Of a DNA stretch of 64,000 nucleotides, positions 1 through 10,250 are shown piece after piece. The notes beneath the pieces were generated by a model, which made no database searches, was not told the DNA's origin, and worked only from the letters and a program-made list of their open reading frames with translations. The translations under genes and the position numbers were made by a program. The stretch spans positions 192,001 through 256,000 of the forward strand of contig CAWCDG010000002.1 of the NCBI GenBank assembly GCA_963794325.1, written 5' to 3'. Every line of letters starts with the position of its first letter. The first letter of the stretch is position 1. The stretch is from an uncultured delta proteobacterium. GTDB taxonomy: Bacteria; Desulfobacterota; Binatia; Binatales; Binataceae.

Positions 1-622
1 CGCAAAAGTAGTTGCGGGCGCTGCTGCCGCGTTCGGCACCCTGGTCAGTGAAGTGGTCGATCGGGGTCTTGAGGGGCTCGAATTCGGCGAAGGTATTCCG
101 GGTACGGTCGGCGGCGGATTGGTGATGAACGCAGGCGCATTCGGCGGCGAGATCGCGAAGGTGGTCACGCTGGTGCATGGCGTCACAGAGGCTGGCGAGG
201 CGATCGCGCTCAGTAAGGACGAGGTCAAGTTTGCATACCGGCGCACCGAGTTGCCGCCGCACTTCATAATCACGCGCGTCGATTTCGAGCTGGCACGCGG
301 CGATCGCGAACGGCTCTCGGCGCGAGTCGCGGAGCTGAAGGCCAAGCGCGCATCGCGACAGCCGCGCGGAGTTCCCAACGCAGGATCGATTTTCAAGAAC
401 CCGCCGGGCAACTTCGCAGGCAAGCTGCTCGAAGGCGCGGGACTGAAGGGGACCCGGCTCGGTGGTGCGGCGTTTTCCGATCAGCATGCCAACTTTATCG
501 TGAATCTTGGCGGCGCTCAGGCCGCGGAAGTGCTCGCCCTGATCGACATGGCGCGGGTCAAGGTGAAAGAGCAGAGCGGCGTCTTGCTCGAACCGGAGGT
601 CAGATTGGTCGGCGACTGGTAA
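1..622 (+). CDS. murB: UDP-N-acetylenolpyruvoylglucosamine reductase (5' end outside window)
   Basis: GLEFGEGIPGTVGGGLVMNAGAFG, RASRQP..PNAGSIFKNP, SDQHANFIVN and LEPEVRLVG motifs; dcw context. Confidence 0.96.
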   Translation, partial: AKVVAGAAAAFGTLVSEVVDRGLEGLEFGEGIPGTVGGGLVMNAGAFGGEIAKVVTLVHGVTEAGEAIALSKDEVKFAYRRTELPPHFIITRVDFELARGDRERLSARVAELKAKRASRQPRGVPNAGSIFKNPPGNFAGKLLEGAGLKGTRLGGAAFSDQHANFIVNLGGAQAAEVLALIDMARVKVKEQSGVLLEPEVRLVGDW

Positions 623-629
623 AGACGGA

Positions 630-1433
630 TTGAGGTGCGGGGTGGCGGTTCGCGGAGGAAATAAAGCGGTGGCGGGGTGGAGCGCGCGGATGGGCGGGCT
701 GGTGGTATGCGCCTTTTTCGCGCTCGGGGTGATGACCGGATTCAGCACGACCGGCCGTGCGGTGGCTCTCAGAGCCTCCACGAGTCTCACCTCGTATCGC
801 AATCAAATTCTGGACTCGCTCGCGCCCGCGCGCACGACCGCCTCGAACTATTCGGCGGTGCTCGTCCAATGGGCGGGGCGCGCCGGGATTTACCGTCAGG
901 CAGGGCACGCAACCAGGGCAGCGGAGATCTCGGCGGGGAATATGCGCGACGGCGCGATTGCGATCGTCGAGCGTCACGACGGCTTCTACCAACTCTTCAG
1001 CGGCGGCGAACTGCGCGGGCCGGTCTCGATCGGCAAGCAGGGCGATCTGCCGGTCCTGAGCGGCGATGCTCTCGACAACGCGCGTGGAACGCAGATGGTC
1101 GACTATGCGGCGGTGCTGGTGCGCGCCGAGACCCAACTGTCCGAGATCATTTCGGAGATGCACGTCGGGGATGACGGCACGGCGTCGCTGTTTCTCGAGC
1201 GCGAGCGCACCGAGGTCGTGATCGATCTCGATCGCGCGACGACTGAAATTCAGCGCGCTATCAAAGTGCGGCAGCAATGGCAGGGGCGCGAGAATTTGAT
1301 CGCGGCGCTCGACTTGACGACGCCGGGATTTGCGGTCGTCCGGCTGCATGCCGCCGAGAACTCTCATTCGAAACATAAAAGCGGGCTTCGCAAAGTTTCG
1401 TTCAAGCCGGCCGAGGAGTCCGTGACGCGATGA
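630..1433 (+). CDS. Divergent FtsQ/DivIB-like cell division protein (start uncertain)
   Basis: N-terminal TM segment, DLPVLSG and C-terminal IAALDLTTPGFAVVR (compare FtsQ YIDLR..VVVR); ATGA overlap with ftsA. Confidence 0.65.
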   Translation: MRCGVAVRGGNKAVAGWSARMGGLVVCAFFALGVMTGFSTTGRAVALRASTSLTSYRNQILDSLAPARTTASNYSAVLVQWAGRAGIYRQAGHATRAAEISAGNMRDGAIAIVERHDGFYQLFSGGELRGPVSIGKQGDLPVLSGDALDNARGTQMVDYAAVLVRAETQLSEIISEMHVGDDGTASLFLERERTEVVIDLDRATTEIQRAIKVRQQWQGRENLIAALDLTTPGFAVVRLHAAENSHSKHKSGLRKVSFKPAEESVTR

Positions 1434-2647
1434 GAAATCTGCTCACCGGCCTGGACGTCGGCACCAGCAAGGTCTGCGCGATCGTCGGCGAGTCGCTGCC
1501 CGACGGGCAATTGGCGACGCTGGGCTTCGGAATCGCGCCGTGCACCGGGCTGCGCAAGGGAGTCGTCGTCAATATCGAGGCGACGGTCGAGGCGATCAAG
1601 GCAGCGGTCGAGGAAGCGGAGAAAACTTCCGGCGTGCGAGTGGGGTCGGTGGTGGTCGGCGTCGCCGGACCGCATATCAAGGGCCTCAACAGTCATGGAA
1701 TCGTCGCGGTGCGCGGCGGCGAAGTCAGCTCGCGCGACGTTGACAGGGTGATCGATGCGGCGCGCGCGGTTGCGATCCCGCTCGATCGGCAGGTGCTGCA
1801 TATTCTGCCGCAGCAGTTCGCGGTCGATGAGCAGGAAGGTGTGCGCGAGCCTTACGGGATGGCGGGCGTCCGGCTCGAGGCGCGCATCCATATCATCACC
1901 GCCGCGCAGAGCTACGGACAAAATCTCACCAAGTGCTGCGAGCGCGCGGGCGTGACGCCGTCCGAGATGGTTTTCCAGCCGCTGGCGTCGGCGGATGCGG
2001 CGCTGTTTCCGGAGGAACGCGAGCTCGGCGTCGCGCTGATCGACGTTGGCGGCGGCACCACCGACATCATCGTGTTTCACGGTGGCGCCGTGATGCATAC
2101 CGCGGTGCTGCCGATTGGCGGGAATCATCTCACCAGCGATATCGCCGCCGGATTGCGCACGCCGATATCGGAGGCGGAGCGGCTCAAGATTACCTTCGGC
2201 ATCGCGACCAACCAGGTCGTGCGGCGCGACGAGATGGTGCAGGTGCCCGGCGTCGGCGGACGCGAGCCGCGAGTGATCGCGCGCCGGCTGCTCGGAGAAA
2301 TCATCGAGCCGCGCATGGAAGAGATCTTCACGATGGTGCAGCGCGAGCTGTTGCGCTCGGGAGTTTCGGACGGGCTCGCGTCGGGCATCGTGCTGGTCGG
2401 CGGGACCTCGCTGCTCGAGGGCACACAGGAACTGGCCGAGCGAATCTTCGGCGTGCCGGTGCGGCGCGGACTTCCGATCAACCTGAAGGGACTGCCCGAA
2501 GAACTGATGAAGCCGATGTACACGACGGCGGCGGGCCTGCTGCTGCATCAGAGCGCGGCGGGCGGAATTGGAAATGGAGTTGGAAAAGCGGGCCGGCTGG
2601 GACGGCTGCGCTCGCGGCTTAGCGATTGGGTGAGGGACTTCTTTTGA
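1430..2647 (+). CDS. ftsA: Cell division protein FtsA
   Basis: [33 protein letters not shown] motifs and a C-terminal amphipathic helix. Confidence 0.98.
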   Translation: MRNLLTGLDVGTSKVCAIVGESLPDGQLATLGFGIAPCTGLRKGVVVNIEATVEAIKAAVEEAEKTSGVRVGSVVVGVAGPHIKGLNSHGIVAVRGGEVSSRDVDRVIDAARAVAIPLDRQVLHILPQQFAVDEQEGVREPYGMAGVRLEARIHIITAAQSYGQNLTKCCERAGVTPSEMVFQPLASADAALFPEERELGVALIDVGGGTTDIIVFHGGAVMHTAVLPIGGNHLTSDIAAGLRTPISEAERLKITFGIATNQVVRRDEMVQVPGVGGREPRVIARRLLGEIIEPRMEEIFTMVQRELLRSGVSDGLASGIVLVGGTSLLEGTQELAERIFGVPVRRGLPINLKGLPEELMKPMYTTAAGLLLHQSAAGGIGNGVGKAGRLGRLRSRLSDWVRDFF

Positions 2648-2715
2648 GGAGTCGCCGAAGCAGTAAATCAAATGGGCAACAAACTTTGCCGGTAGGTGGT
2701 GGAGGAGGATCTGTG

Positions 2716-3996
2716 ATGATTGAGTTGGTGAGTAATCCCGACCCGGGCGCGAGGATAAAGGTGATTGGTGCAGGTGGATGCGGCGGCAACGCGGTCAACC
2801 ACATGATCAATGTGGGGCTGCGCAACGTCGATTTCATCGCCGTCAATACCGACATCCAGGCGCTGCAGAATAATCACGCGCCGCTGCGCCTGCAGATCGG
2901 CGACGAGATAACCCGCGGACGCGGCACCGGCGGCAATCCGGAAATCGGCCGCAAGGCCGCGCTCGAAGACGAGGAGCGAATTCGCGAGATCCTGTCGGAA
3001 GCCGAGATGGTGTTCGTGACCGCCGGGATGGGCGGCGGCACCGGAACCGGCTCTGCCCCAGTGATTGCGCGTATCGCACGCGAGCTGGGCGCGCTGACCG
3101 TCGGCGTCGTGACCAAGCCGTTTCAGTTCGAAGGACGCCGGCGCATGACGCAGGCCGAAGAGGGATTGCGCGAGCTGAAGAACGCGGTCGACACGCTGAT
3201 CACGATTCCCAATCAGCGCCTGCTCTCGGTAGCGAGCAAGAATACGTCGCTCAAGGAATCGTTCCAGAAGGCCGACGACGTGCTGCTGCAGGCGGTGCGC
3301 GGAATTTCGGAGTTGGTCACGGTGCATGGATTGATCAACCTCGATTTTGCGGACGTGCGATCGATCATGGCCGAGATGGGCATGGCGATGATGGGTGCGG
3401 CCACCGCTTCCGGCGAGAATCGCGCGGTCGAGGCGGCGCAGCGCGCTATTTCGAGTCCGCTGCTCGAGGACGTTTCGATCAAGGGCGCGCGCGGTCTGCT
3501 GATCAACGTGACGGGCGGCTCGGACATGGCGCTCTACGAAGTGAACGAGGCGGCGAGCCTGATCCAGGAAGAGGCGCACGAGGACGCCAACATCATCTTC
3601 GGCGCGGTGATCGACGAATCGATATCCGACGAGATTCGCGTCACCGTTATTGCGACCGGCTTCGGCGATCTCGACCGCGGTTCTTCGTCGCGCTATTCGC
3701 CGTCGGGCGCGCCGGTCACCACGCCGATCGCGGCGGCCTCGACCCGGCCGGTCGATCCGATGGAGGTCAAGCAGCCTGCGCCGGCCGCGCAGGCGGGGCA
3801 AGTGCGGATGTTCCCCGGCAAGCCGGTGCGCCGCATGGGGCTGGTCGTCGACGACAGCACACTCGACATCCCGGCCTTCAGGCGCCGCGGCGAAGATGCG
3901 GGCCTGGCGGAGGGCGAAAAGCTCGAGCCCAACTCGCTGCTCGACGGCGACGACAAGCTCGACATCCCAACCTTCCTGCGCAAGCATCTCGACTAA
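2716..3996 (+). CDS. ftsZ: Cell division protein FtsZ
   Basis: GMGGGTGTG tubulin motif, NLDFAD, C-terminal LDIPTFLRK; RBS GGAGGAGG at 2701-2708. Confidence 0.99.
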   Translation: MIELVSNPDPGARIKVIGAGGCGGNAVNHMINVGLRNVDFIAVNTDIQALQNNHAPLRLQIGDEITRGRGTGGNPEIGRKAALEDEERIREILSEAEMVFVTAGMGGGTGTGSAPVIARIARELGALTVGVVTKPFQFEGRRRMTQAEEGLRELKNAVDTLITIPNQRLLSVASKNTSLKESFQKADDVLLQAVRGISELVTVHGLINLDFADVRSIMAEMGMAMMGAATASGENRAVEAAQRAISSPLLEDVSIKGARGLLINVTGGSDMALYEVNEAASLIQEEAHEDANIIFGAVIDESISDEIRVTVIATGFGDLDRGSSSRYSPSGAPVTTPIAAASTRPVDPMEVKQPAPAAQAGQVRMFPGKPVRRMGLVVDDSTLDIPAFRRRGEDAGLAEGEKLEPNSLLDGDDKLDIPTFLRKHLD

Positions 3997-4022
3997 GCGG
4001 AAACCGCAGGAATCAGTGCGAT

Positions 4023-4057
4023 GCCGGAGTCCGAAAGGGCTCCGGCGTTGTTTTGTT
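4023..4057 (+). terminator. Rho-independent terminator after ftsZ
   Basis: GCCGGAGTCC-GAAA-GGGCTCCGGC hairpin followed by a T-rich tract. Confidence 0.85.
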
Positions 4058-4092
4058 GTGCGCGAGTATTTGAGAAGCTTAGAGCGAAGCTC

Positions 4093-4431
4093 ATGAAATC
4101 CATTTCCCTTAAAGTTCAAGAAGAGCTGCTGCGAACCAGCGAGCGATGCGCGCGTGCGCTCGGAATCCCTCGCGCTGAATACATCCGTCGCGCCATCGAG
4201 CGAATGAACCGCGAATCCGAAGCTCGCGCTCGCGCGCAACGAATGGCGCGGGCGTCGCGCAAGGTCCGCAAGGAAAGCATGCGAGTGAATGCCGAGTTCG
4301 CCGCGATCGAGCGCGACCCGGGACGCAGAACATTTAAAGCCTTGCTCGCCTCGGCGCCGCTGGATGGGGTCGAGATACGCCGGTCGCACGACGTCGCGCG
4401 TCCTCGACTGTCAAAGGGATCTCGATCTTAG
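4093..4431 (+). CDS. Ribbon-helix-helix (CopG-like) antitoxin, orphan and apparently chimeric
   Basis: MKSISLKVQEELL...LGIPRAEYIRRAI RHH pattern; no toxin gene adjacent. Confidence 0.7.
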   Translation: MKSISLKVQEELLRTSERCARALGIPRAEYIRRAIERMNRESEARARAQRMARASRKVRKESMRVNAEFAAIERDPGRRTFKALLASAPLDGVEIRRSHDVARPRLSKGSRS

Positions 4432-6263
4432 CGAGCCGATGCAGCCTGGCGGGCGGGGGCTTCGCCGTTGAGGGATTTGAGGATTGCCTCGCGCCGTTCT
4501 TTCAAATCCTTCGGCATCGTTGGACCGATCTTTTCGAAAAACTCGGCCTCGGATTCTATTTCAGCTTTCCATTCTGTGGGATTTATCGCGAGCGCGTCGT
4601 GAACTGCGCTCTTGGATAGATCGAGGCCCTTCAGATCCAGTTCGGATTCATCGGGAACGATTCCGACCGGCGTCGCGCGGCCCTTGGCGCGTCCGTGGAT
4701 TCTATCGAGCATCCATTTCAGCACCCGCAGGTTTTCGCCGTAGCCGGGCCAGATGAAATTTCCGGAGGCGTCCTTGCGGAACCAGTTCACCATAAACAAA
4801 CGCGGCGCCTTCTTGAGTGCGCCGCGCATCTTGAGCCAATGGGCGAAATAATCGCCCATGTTGTAGCCGCAGAACGGCAGCATCGCCATCGGATCGCGCC
4901 TGAGCACGCCGACCGCTCCAGAAGCGGCCGCGGTGGTTTCCGATCCCATCGTCGCGCCCATGAAAACGCCGTGCGTCCAGTCCATCGATTCGAGCACCAG
5001 CGGCACCGTCGTCGCGCGGCGTCCGCCGAAGATGATCGCCGAGATAGGCACGCCGCGCGGATCATCGGCGTAAGGGGACCACGCCGGATTGTTGCGCATC
5101 GGCGTCGTGAAGCGGCTATTCGGATGCGCCGCCTTTTCGCCCGACTCTTTTTTCCAGGGGCGGCCCTGCCAGTCGATCAGGCCGTCGGGCGGCGGCACGT
5201 CCATCCCTTCCCACCATACGTCACCGTCGGGCGTCATCGCGACGTTGGTGAAAATTGTGTCGTGCTCGACCATCTTCATCGCGTTCAGATTCGATTTTGC
5301 GCTGGTGCCCGGCGCTACGCCGAAGTATCCGTTCTCGGGATTGACCGCCCACAGCCCGCCGTCGGGACCGACCCGCATCCAGGAGATATCGTCGCCGACG
5401 GTAGTAACCTTCCAGCCTTTCAGCTCGGCCGGCGGCGTGAGCATCGCGAGATTGGTCTTCCCGCACGCGCTGGGAAACGCGGCGGCGATATAAGTGGCCT
5501 CGCCCTCGGGGCTCTGCAGGCCGAGGATCAGCATGTGCTCGGCGAGCCATCCTTCGTCGCGGCCGAGGACGCTGGCGATTCGGAGCGCGAAACATTTCTT
5601 GCTCAACAGCGCATTGCCGCCGTAACCGCTGCCAACCGAGATGATCATGTTGTCCTGCGGGAAGTGGCAAATCAGGCGGCGCTCGGGATTCAGATCGAGC
5701 GTGCAATGAATCCCGCGATTGAAGTCGTTCGAGTCGCCAAGTTGGTCGAGCGCGGCTTTGCCCATCCGCGTCATGATTCGCATGTTCAGCACGACGTAGA
5801 GGCTGTCGGTCAGCTCGACGCCGACTTTCGAGAGCGGCGACCCGAGCGGACCCATCACGTACGGCACGACGTACATCGTGCGCCCGCGCATCGAGCCGTC
5901 GAGCATGCCGTGCAACTTGTCGTAGGTGGCGGTGGGATCGGACCAGTTGTTAGTCGGGCCCGCGTCGATTTTGTTCGGCGTGCAGACGAAGGTCAGTTGT
6001 TCGGTGCGTGCGACGTCGTTTGGATTCGAGCGATGGAGGTAGCAGCCGGGGCGCTTCTTCTGATTGAGCTCGATCAGTATTCCCGCATCGACCGCCTGCT
6101 TGGTAAAGCGCTTTTTCTCGTCTTCAGAACCGTCGCACCATACGATAGCGTCGGGCTTGGTGAGCGCGGCAACTTCCTTAACCCAATCGCGCAACGCGCG
6201 GCTGGTGGTGGGCGAACTCTTTTCGTTTTGCTTGGAATCGGGCGTCACTTCAATCCGCTCCAC
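4428..6263 (-). CDS. pckG: Phosphoenolpyruvate carboxykinase (GTP)
   Basis: FPSACGKTNLAM, VGDDISW, AAHPNSRF and RRDPMAMLPFCGYNMGDY motifs. Confidence 0.97.
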   Translation of the reverse strand: MERIEVTPDSKQNEKSSPTTSRALRDWVKEVAALTKPDAIVWCDGSEDEKKRFTKQAVDAGILIELNQKKRPGCYLHRSNPNDVARTEQLTFVCTPNKIDAGPTNNWSDPTATYDKLHGMLDGSMRGRTMYVVPYVMGPLGSPLSKVGVELTDSLYVVLNMRIMTRMGKAALDQLGDSNDFNRGIHCTLDLNPERRLICHFPQDNMIISVGSGYGGNALLSKKCFALRIASVLGRDEGWLAEHMLILGLQSPEGEATYIAAAFPSACGKTNLAMLTPPAELKGWKVTTVGDDISWMRVGPDGGLWAVNPENGYFGVAPGTSAKSNLNAMKMVEHDTIFTNVAMTPDGDVWWEGMDVPPPDGLIDWQGRPWKKESGEKAAHPNSRFTTPMRNNPAWSPYADDPRGVPISAIIFGGRRATTVPLVLESMDWTHGVFMGATMGSETTAAASGAVGVLRRDPMAMLPFCGYNMGDYFAHWLKMRGALKKAPRLFMVNWFRKDASGNFIWPGYGENLRVLKWMLDRIHGRAKGRATPVGIVPDESELDLKGLDLSKSAVHDALAINPTEWKAEIESEAEFFEKIGPTMPKDLKERREAILKSLNGEAPARQAASAR

Positions 6264-6440
6264 GTCGGTCCTTGTGAGACGTAACTCCTCTCAAACGCAG
6301 GTGCCAAATGCAATCTGGTCGTCATGAGAAGGTAATATTTAGATTAGCAGATTAGAATAATCAAGGGCAGAAGTATAAGTAGTTCTTTTGGACGGCCGAG
6401 CACTGCGGACCGTCGAACCCTCGGTCAGCTCGAAGCCGCT

Positions 6441-7112
6441 TTACGATGAGGACAGAGTTTCCTCGCAGGCGGGCGCACTCCATTTATCCGGCGTTGTCTT
6501 CAGTTGTGAAATCAGCGCGTCGTTTATGGCGACGGTGCAAGTGGCGGTCTGAGGCTTTTCTCCATAGATGTTCGCGATCAGATTGAACTTCAAAACGTCC
6601 CCGGACTTAATCGATCGCAGGAAGCTGTCCCACGTCATGAAATTTGCCGCCGGATTGCAATTGGATCCGCTGACCCCTTTGCAATCGATCGGCCATGGAG
6701 CGAAGTACGTCTCATGCGTTATCGCGTCGCCACCATCTATCGGCGTCGGCACCGCTTCCGATAAGTCCCCGAGGCTCAGGCTCTTGCCGTCGGGAGAACT
6801 GGAATGGATGAAGCTCTGCCAGGTTTGCGCGTACGGACTGCCACCGATCTGAACTTGCAGGAACTCGCGTCCGATCACCGCGTTGTATCCGATGTCGCCG
6901 GAGTTTATGAAAGACATCCGCGCCGCGAAGCGGACGTAGTCCTGGCCGTCGATATTGTCGCCGTGGATCAGGATCTGCTCAGGTCCGAACAACTTGACCT
7001 GCGGGCCGCGGAAGTACTCGGTGACCTGGTAGGCCACTGCGGCAAAAGCGAGGATGAAAGCAGCCAGCGCCACCATATCGGTCTCGCGCTTGACTGTCAG
7101 GAATGGGGCCAA
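6441..7112 (-). CDS. Hypothetical membrane-anchored protein
   Basis: N-terminal hydrophobic helix followed by a beta-rich domain with four Cys; no family recognised. Confidence 0.65.
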   Translation of the reverse strand: MAPFLTVKRETDMVALAAFILAFAAVAYQVTEYFRGPQVKLFGPEQILIHGDNIDGQDYVRFAARMSFINSGDIGYNAVIGREFLQVQIGGSPYAQTWQSFIHSSSPDGKSLSLGDLSEAVPTPIDGGDAITHETYFAPWPIDCKGVSGSNCNPAANFMTWDSFLRSIKSGDVLKFNLIANIYGEKPQTATCTVAINDALISQLKTTPDKWSAPACEETLSSS

Positions 7113-7127
7113 TGAACGGTCGCGATT

Positions 7128-7898
7128 CTAGTACGCGGCGCTCTTGCGCGCGGAATTGATCAGCCGCTGGATTTCTTCTTCGGTGAACCCGGCCAGCATG
7201 CGCGCTTCCTTCGCGATCGACACGACCTGGCCGTCGTCGTTCTGGATATCTTCCTGCGCGAGGCGGCCGCCGCGGAAGTTGAACACCTCGTCCACCATGT
7301 CCTGGAACGCCTGCGCCTTGGCGAGCCGCTCGGGGTCGCCTTCGGTCAGCTTGCGCATCCACTTCGATCCCATCCGCACGTGCGTGATTTCGTCGGCGAG
7401 CACGTAATCGACGGAGCGCTCGATCACCTCGTCGCCGTTGCGCTGCGCAATACGAATCAGCTGATCGAAAACGTCGCACGCAAGGCCCTCGAGCCCGCGA
7501 TTGATTCCGGCGACGCGCGCCGCAGGATCCATCGCCTGCGTGCATCGCCACAGAATCTCGGTCTCGACGTAATCACCAGGATGACCGCCCATGTACTCGA
7601 CGAGGCGCTGGAAAATCTCGCTGTGACGCGCCTCGTCCCACACCTGGCGCGCCATGTCGAGCTGGAATTCCCACGGCGCGTCGGGAAAATCGAACAGCGT
7701 GCGTCCCGCCGCTTCCATCGCCTGCAACTCGCCGGTGTAGATACCGTGCAAGCGCGAGCGCAGCGTCTCTTCGTCGAACGGCATCGGACGCCCGCCTTCG
7801 AGGCCTTGCTCTTCGCGAATCTCGCGGACCTGGCGGCTGCGGAGCACGACCCAATTGTCGGGACGGGCGAGACGGTCAACAGGAATACATTTTTCCAT
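7128..7898 (-). CDS. Ferritin-like (DUF455-type) diiron protein, paralog 2
   Basis: GELQAME, WDEARH, GLEGLACD and ADEITH diiron ligand pattern. Confidence 0.85.
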   Translation of the reverse strand: MEKCIPVDRLARPDNWVVLRSRQVREIREEQGLEGGRPMPFDEETLRSRLHGIYTGELQAMEAAGRTLFDFPDAPWEFQLDMARQVWDEARHSEIFQRLVEYMGGHPGDYVETEILWRCTQAMDPAARVAGINRGLEGLACDVFDQLIRIAQRNGDEVIERSVDYVLADEITHVRMGSKWMRKLTEGDPERLAKAQAFQDMVDEVFNFRGGRLAQEDIQNDDGQVVSIAKEARMLAGFTEEEIQRLINSARKSAAY

Positions 7899-7960
7899 AT
7901 TTTTATTGAATTGCTTCTTTCAGTAAGACGTTTCGAGCCCTTTAGTATGCTGCAATTGTT

Positions 7961-8761
7961 TCAGTATGCGGCGCTCTTGCCGAAACCTTTGACGAGCCGA
8001 TCGATCTCTTCTTCGGTGAAGCCGGCCAGGAGGCGAGCTTCTCGCGCGATAGTGATACCCGAGTCGATCTCGATTTCCTTGCCATTGACGCGCTGCTTGA
8101 CGTGATCGACATCCTCGACATGCTTGCGGCCGGGGCCGAAGTTGAACAGCTCGTCGATCCGGTCCTGGAACTCCTGCGCCCGCTTGTAGCGCTCGGGGTC
8201 TCCCTCGGTCAGCTTGCGCATCCACTGTGATCCCATCCGCACGTGAGTGATCTCGTCGGCCAGCACGTAATCTACCGATCGTTCGATAATCGTGTCGCCC
8301 ATCTTCTGCGCGATACGAATCAGTTGCTCGAAGACGTCGCACGCGAGCCCCTCGAGTCCGCGATTGATTCCTGCCACGCGCGCCGCGGGATCCTCGGCTT
8401 GCGTGCACGACCACAGCACTTCGCCTTCGGGAAATTCGCCGTAGTAGGATCCGACGTACTCGAGCAGCTTCATGTAGATTTCAGCGTGGCGCGATTCGTC
8501 CCACACCTGGCGCGCCATGTCGAGCTGGAACTCCCACGGCGCGTCGGGAAAGTCGTAGAGCGTGCGGCCGGCCGCTTCCATCGCCTGGAATTCGCCGCCG
8601 CAGATTCCGTGCATGCGCGACTTCAGGAAATCATCTTCGTACGGCATCGCGTTGCCGGGCGACAATCCCTGCTCGCTGCGCGCGTTGCGCGTGCGATTCG
8701 CCGGCAGCAGGATATGGTCCTCGGGACGCGCCAGCTTATCGACGGGAATCATTCTCTGCAT
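7961..8761 (-). CDS. Ferritin-like (DUF455-type) diiron protein, paralog 1
   Basis: GEFQAME, WDESRH, GLEGLACD, ADEITH; long identical stretches shared with 7128-7898. Confidence 0.85.
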   Translation of the reverse strand: MQRMIPVDKLARPEDHILLPANRTRNARSEQGLSPGNAMPYEDDFLKSRMHGICGGEFQAMEAAGRTLYDFPDAPWEFQLDMARQVWDESRHAEIYMKLLEYVGSYYGEFPEGEVLWSCTQAEDPAARVAGINRGLEGLACDVFEQLIRIAQKMGDTIIERSVDYVLADEITHVRMGSQWMRKLTEGDPERYKRAQEFQDRIDELFNFGPGRKHVEDVDHVKQRVNGKEIEIDSGITIAREARLLAGFTEEEIDRLVKGFGKSAAY

Positions 8762-8815
8762 CGCGATGTCTCCTTTTTCAGGTCCCTGTCTTACTATTCT
8801 GATCTGACCGGGTTG

Positions 8816-9202
8816 CTACCTGCTCCATGCTGATCTGCGACCGGTCAGGTTCAATGCTTCTCGGACGGTCCACTTGCCATCGGTCTCGCCGAGCCGAAAC
8901 TGAAACTTGAACGGTTCGACGTTGGCCCCGACCAGCTGCGCTTTCAAAAAATAATGTTGCGCGACACGCGCGCGTCCGATCAGCTCGAACCTATCATACT
9001 TGTTCGGCGGAATCTCTTTGGCGACGAGCATCATCTCGTCACGCACGTGCGCCGGGGTCATCGCCTCGACGCTCGCATGGTCGCCGCGAATGAGCGCATT
9101 CAGCAGATGCTCCGCCGCCGCGAGCATCTCGGCCGGCGGCTGTACGATCGGCGCAATCGGCTGCGGGCCCATCACATTGCCGCGTTCTCCGAGATCAGGC
9201 AT
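8816..9202 (-). CDS. Small hypothetical protein, paralog of 9195-9590
   Basis: C-terminal ETDGKWTVREALNLTGRRSAWSR aligns with the neighbour's EADGKWLIVGVEDTTGKRSSWSD; start overlaps the upstream stop. Confidence 0.7.
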   Translation of the reverse strand: MPDLGERGNVMGPQPIAPIVQPPAEMLAAAEHLLNALIRGDHASVEAMTPAHVRDEMMLVAKEIPPNKYDRFELIGRARVAQHYFLKAQLVGANVEPFKFQFRLGETDGKWTVREALNLTGRRSAWSR

Positions 9203-9590
9203 TTCCGTTCCCTGCCCGAGCTTGCGCCACCGCGGCCGCAAGATCGGGAATGTCGCTCCACGATGAGCGCTTGCCGGTGGTGTCCTCGACGCCGACGATC
9301 AGCCACTTGCCGTCGGCCTCTTTGCGCCATCGGTAGAGCACCCGACGCATCGCGGCGGCGTTAGTGAATCGCAGCTTCGAGATGTACTGAAAGCCGATCT
9401 TAGCGAGCGCCAGTTTTTCCAGTGTGCGCGGCTGCGGGATTCGCGCAATTTCCGCCGCAGCTTGCCGATGCAATTCGATCGCCTGCGGCAGCACGAACTT
9501 CTCGGCCGCCGCGCTATCGTTCGCCGCGAGCGCCGCCGCATGCGTCGCGATCGCATCGCGCAGATCGCTGATGTCGTCCAACTTCTTCAT
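9195..9590 (-). CDS. Small hypothetical protein (possible NTF2-like alpha+beta fold)
   Basis: Tightly packed in the operon; two helices then strands ending DGKWLIV. Confidence 0.7.
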   Translation of the reverse strand: MKKLDDISDLRDAIATHAAALAANDSAAAEKFVLPQAIELHRQAAAEIARIPQPRTLEKLALAKIGFQYISKLRFTNAAAMRRVLYRWRKEADGKWLIVGVEDTTGKRSSWSDIPDLAAAVAQARAGNGNA

Positions 9591-9595
9591 AATCC

Positions 9596-10216
9596 TCAGC
9601 TACGCCCGACTTTCTTGCGCGGTTGTTCGGCCTCCGCTTCAAAGCCGGTCACGCCGCCCGACGCGCCGAGCAATCCTTCGAGATGCGATTGCCAATTTGC
9701 GGCGCGCAGATGCTTTTCCTTTGAGTCGAGCAACTCGTTGAGCAGCACGCTGCCGCGCTCGACGTGCGCCTTCTCTTCTTCGACCAGCCGCCCGAGAATT
9801 CGCAGGGTAGGGGGCTCGTAAACCGGATTCATCGCAGTGAGATGCGAGCTGTAATGCGAAATGAGATGCGGCTTCAGCACGCGATAAATTCCGACCAGCC
9901 GCTCGATCGTATCCTCCCACTCTTCTTTATCCTCGATCGCGTTCATGAACGTGACGAACGCGTCGTTGGGCGGCTTGGAAATTTGCGGCTGCGCGCGAAG
10001 CTCGGGCAGTCGCTTGCCGAGCGCGTCGGTATGCAGCGCGTCCTCGTACACCTGCTTGGCCATCTCGAGCTTGACCGCGAGCTCGGGCGTGAGCGCGATC
10101 CAGCCGGCCATCATGCGCATCATGCGCTCTTCGGCGTAGCGATAATTCTGGATGTAGATGACGCTCTGGCGGACGCTGTAAACGCCCTCGAGAGTTCGCC
10201 TGTCGTAAAGTGCCAT
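9596..10216 (-). CDS. Ferritin-like four-helix-bundle protein
   Basis: YAEE, YEDALH and EEEKAH motifs. Confidence 0.78.
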   Translation of the reverse strand: MALYDRRTLEGVYSVRQSVIYIQNYRYAEERMMRMMAGWIALTPELAVKLEMAKQVYEDALHTDALGKRLPELRAQPQISKPPNDAFVTFMNAIEDKEEWEDTIERLVGIYRVLKPHLISHYSSHLTAMNPVYEPPTLRILGRLVEEEKAHVERGSVLLNELLDSKEKHLRAANWQSHLEGLLGASGGVTGFEAEAEQPRKKVGRS

Positions 10217-10250
10217 TCGAAAAAAACTCCTCGATAAAACTCGCGCCGCG

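Noticed and set aside
1364-6284. Long antisense ORFs (435, 573 and 529 aa) opposite ftsA, ftsZ and pckG, and similar ones opposite ndvB
   Set aside because: Expected shadow ORFs of high-GC coding sequence; no recognisable motifs.
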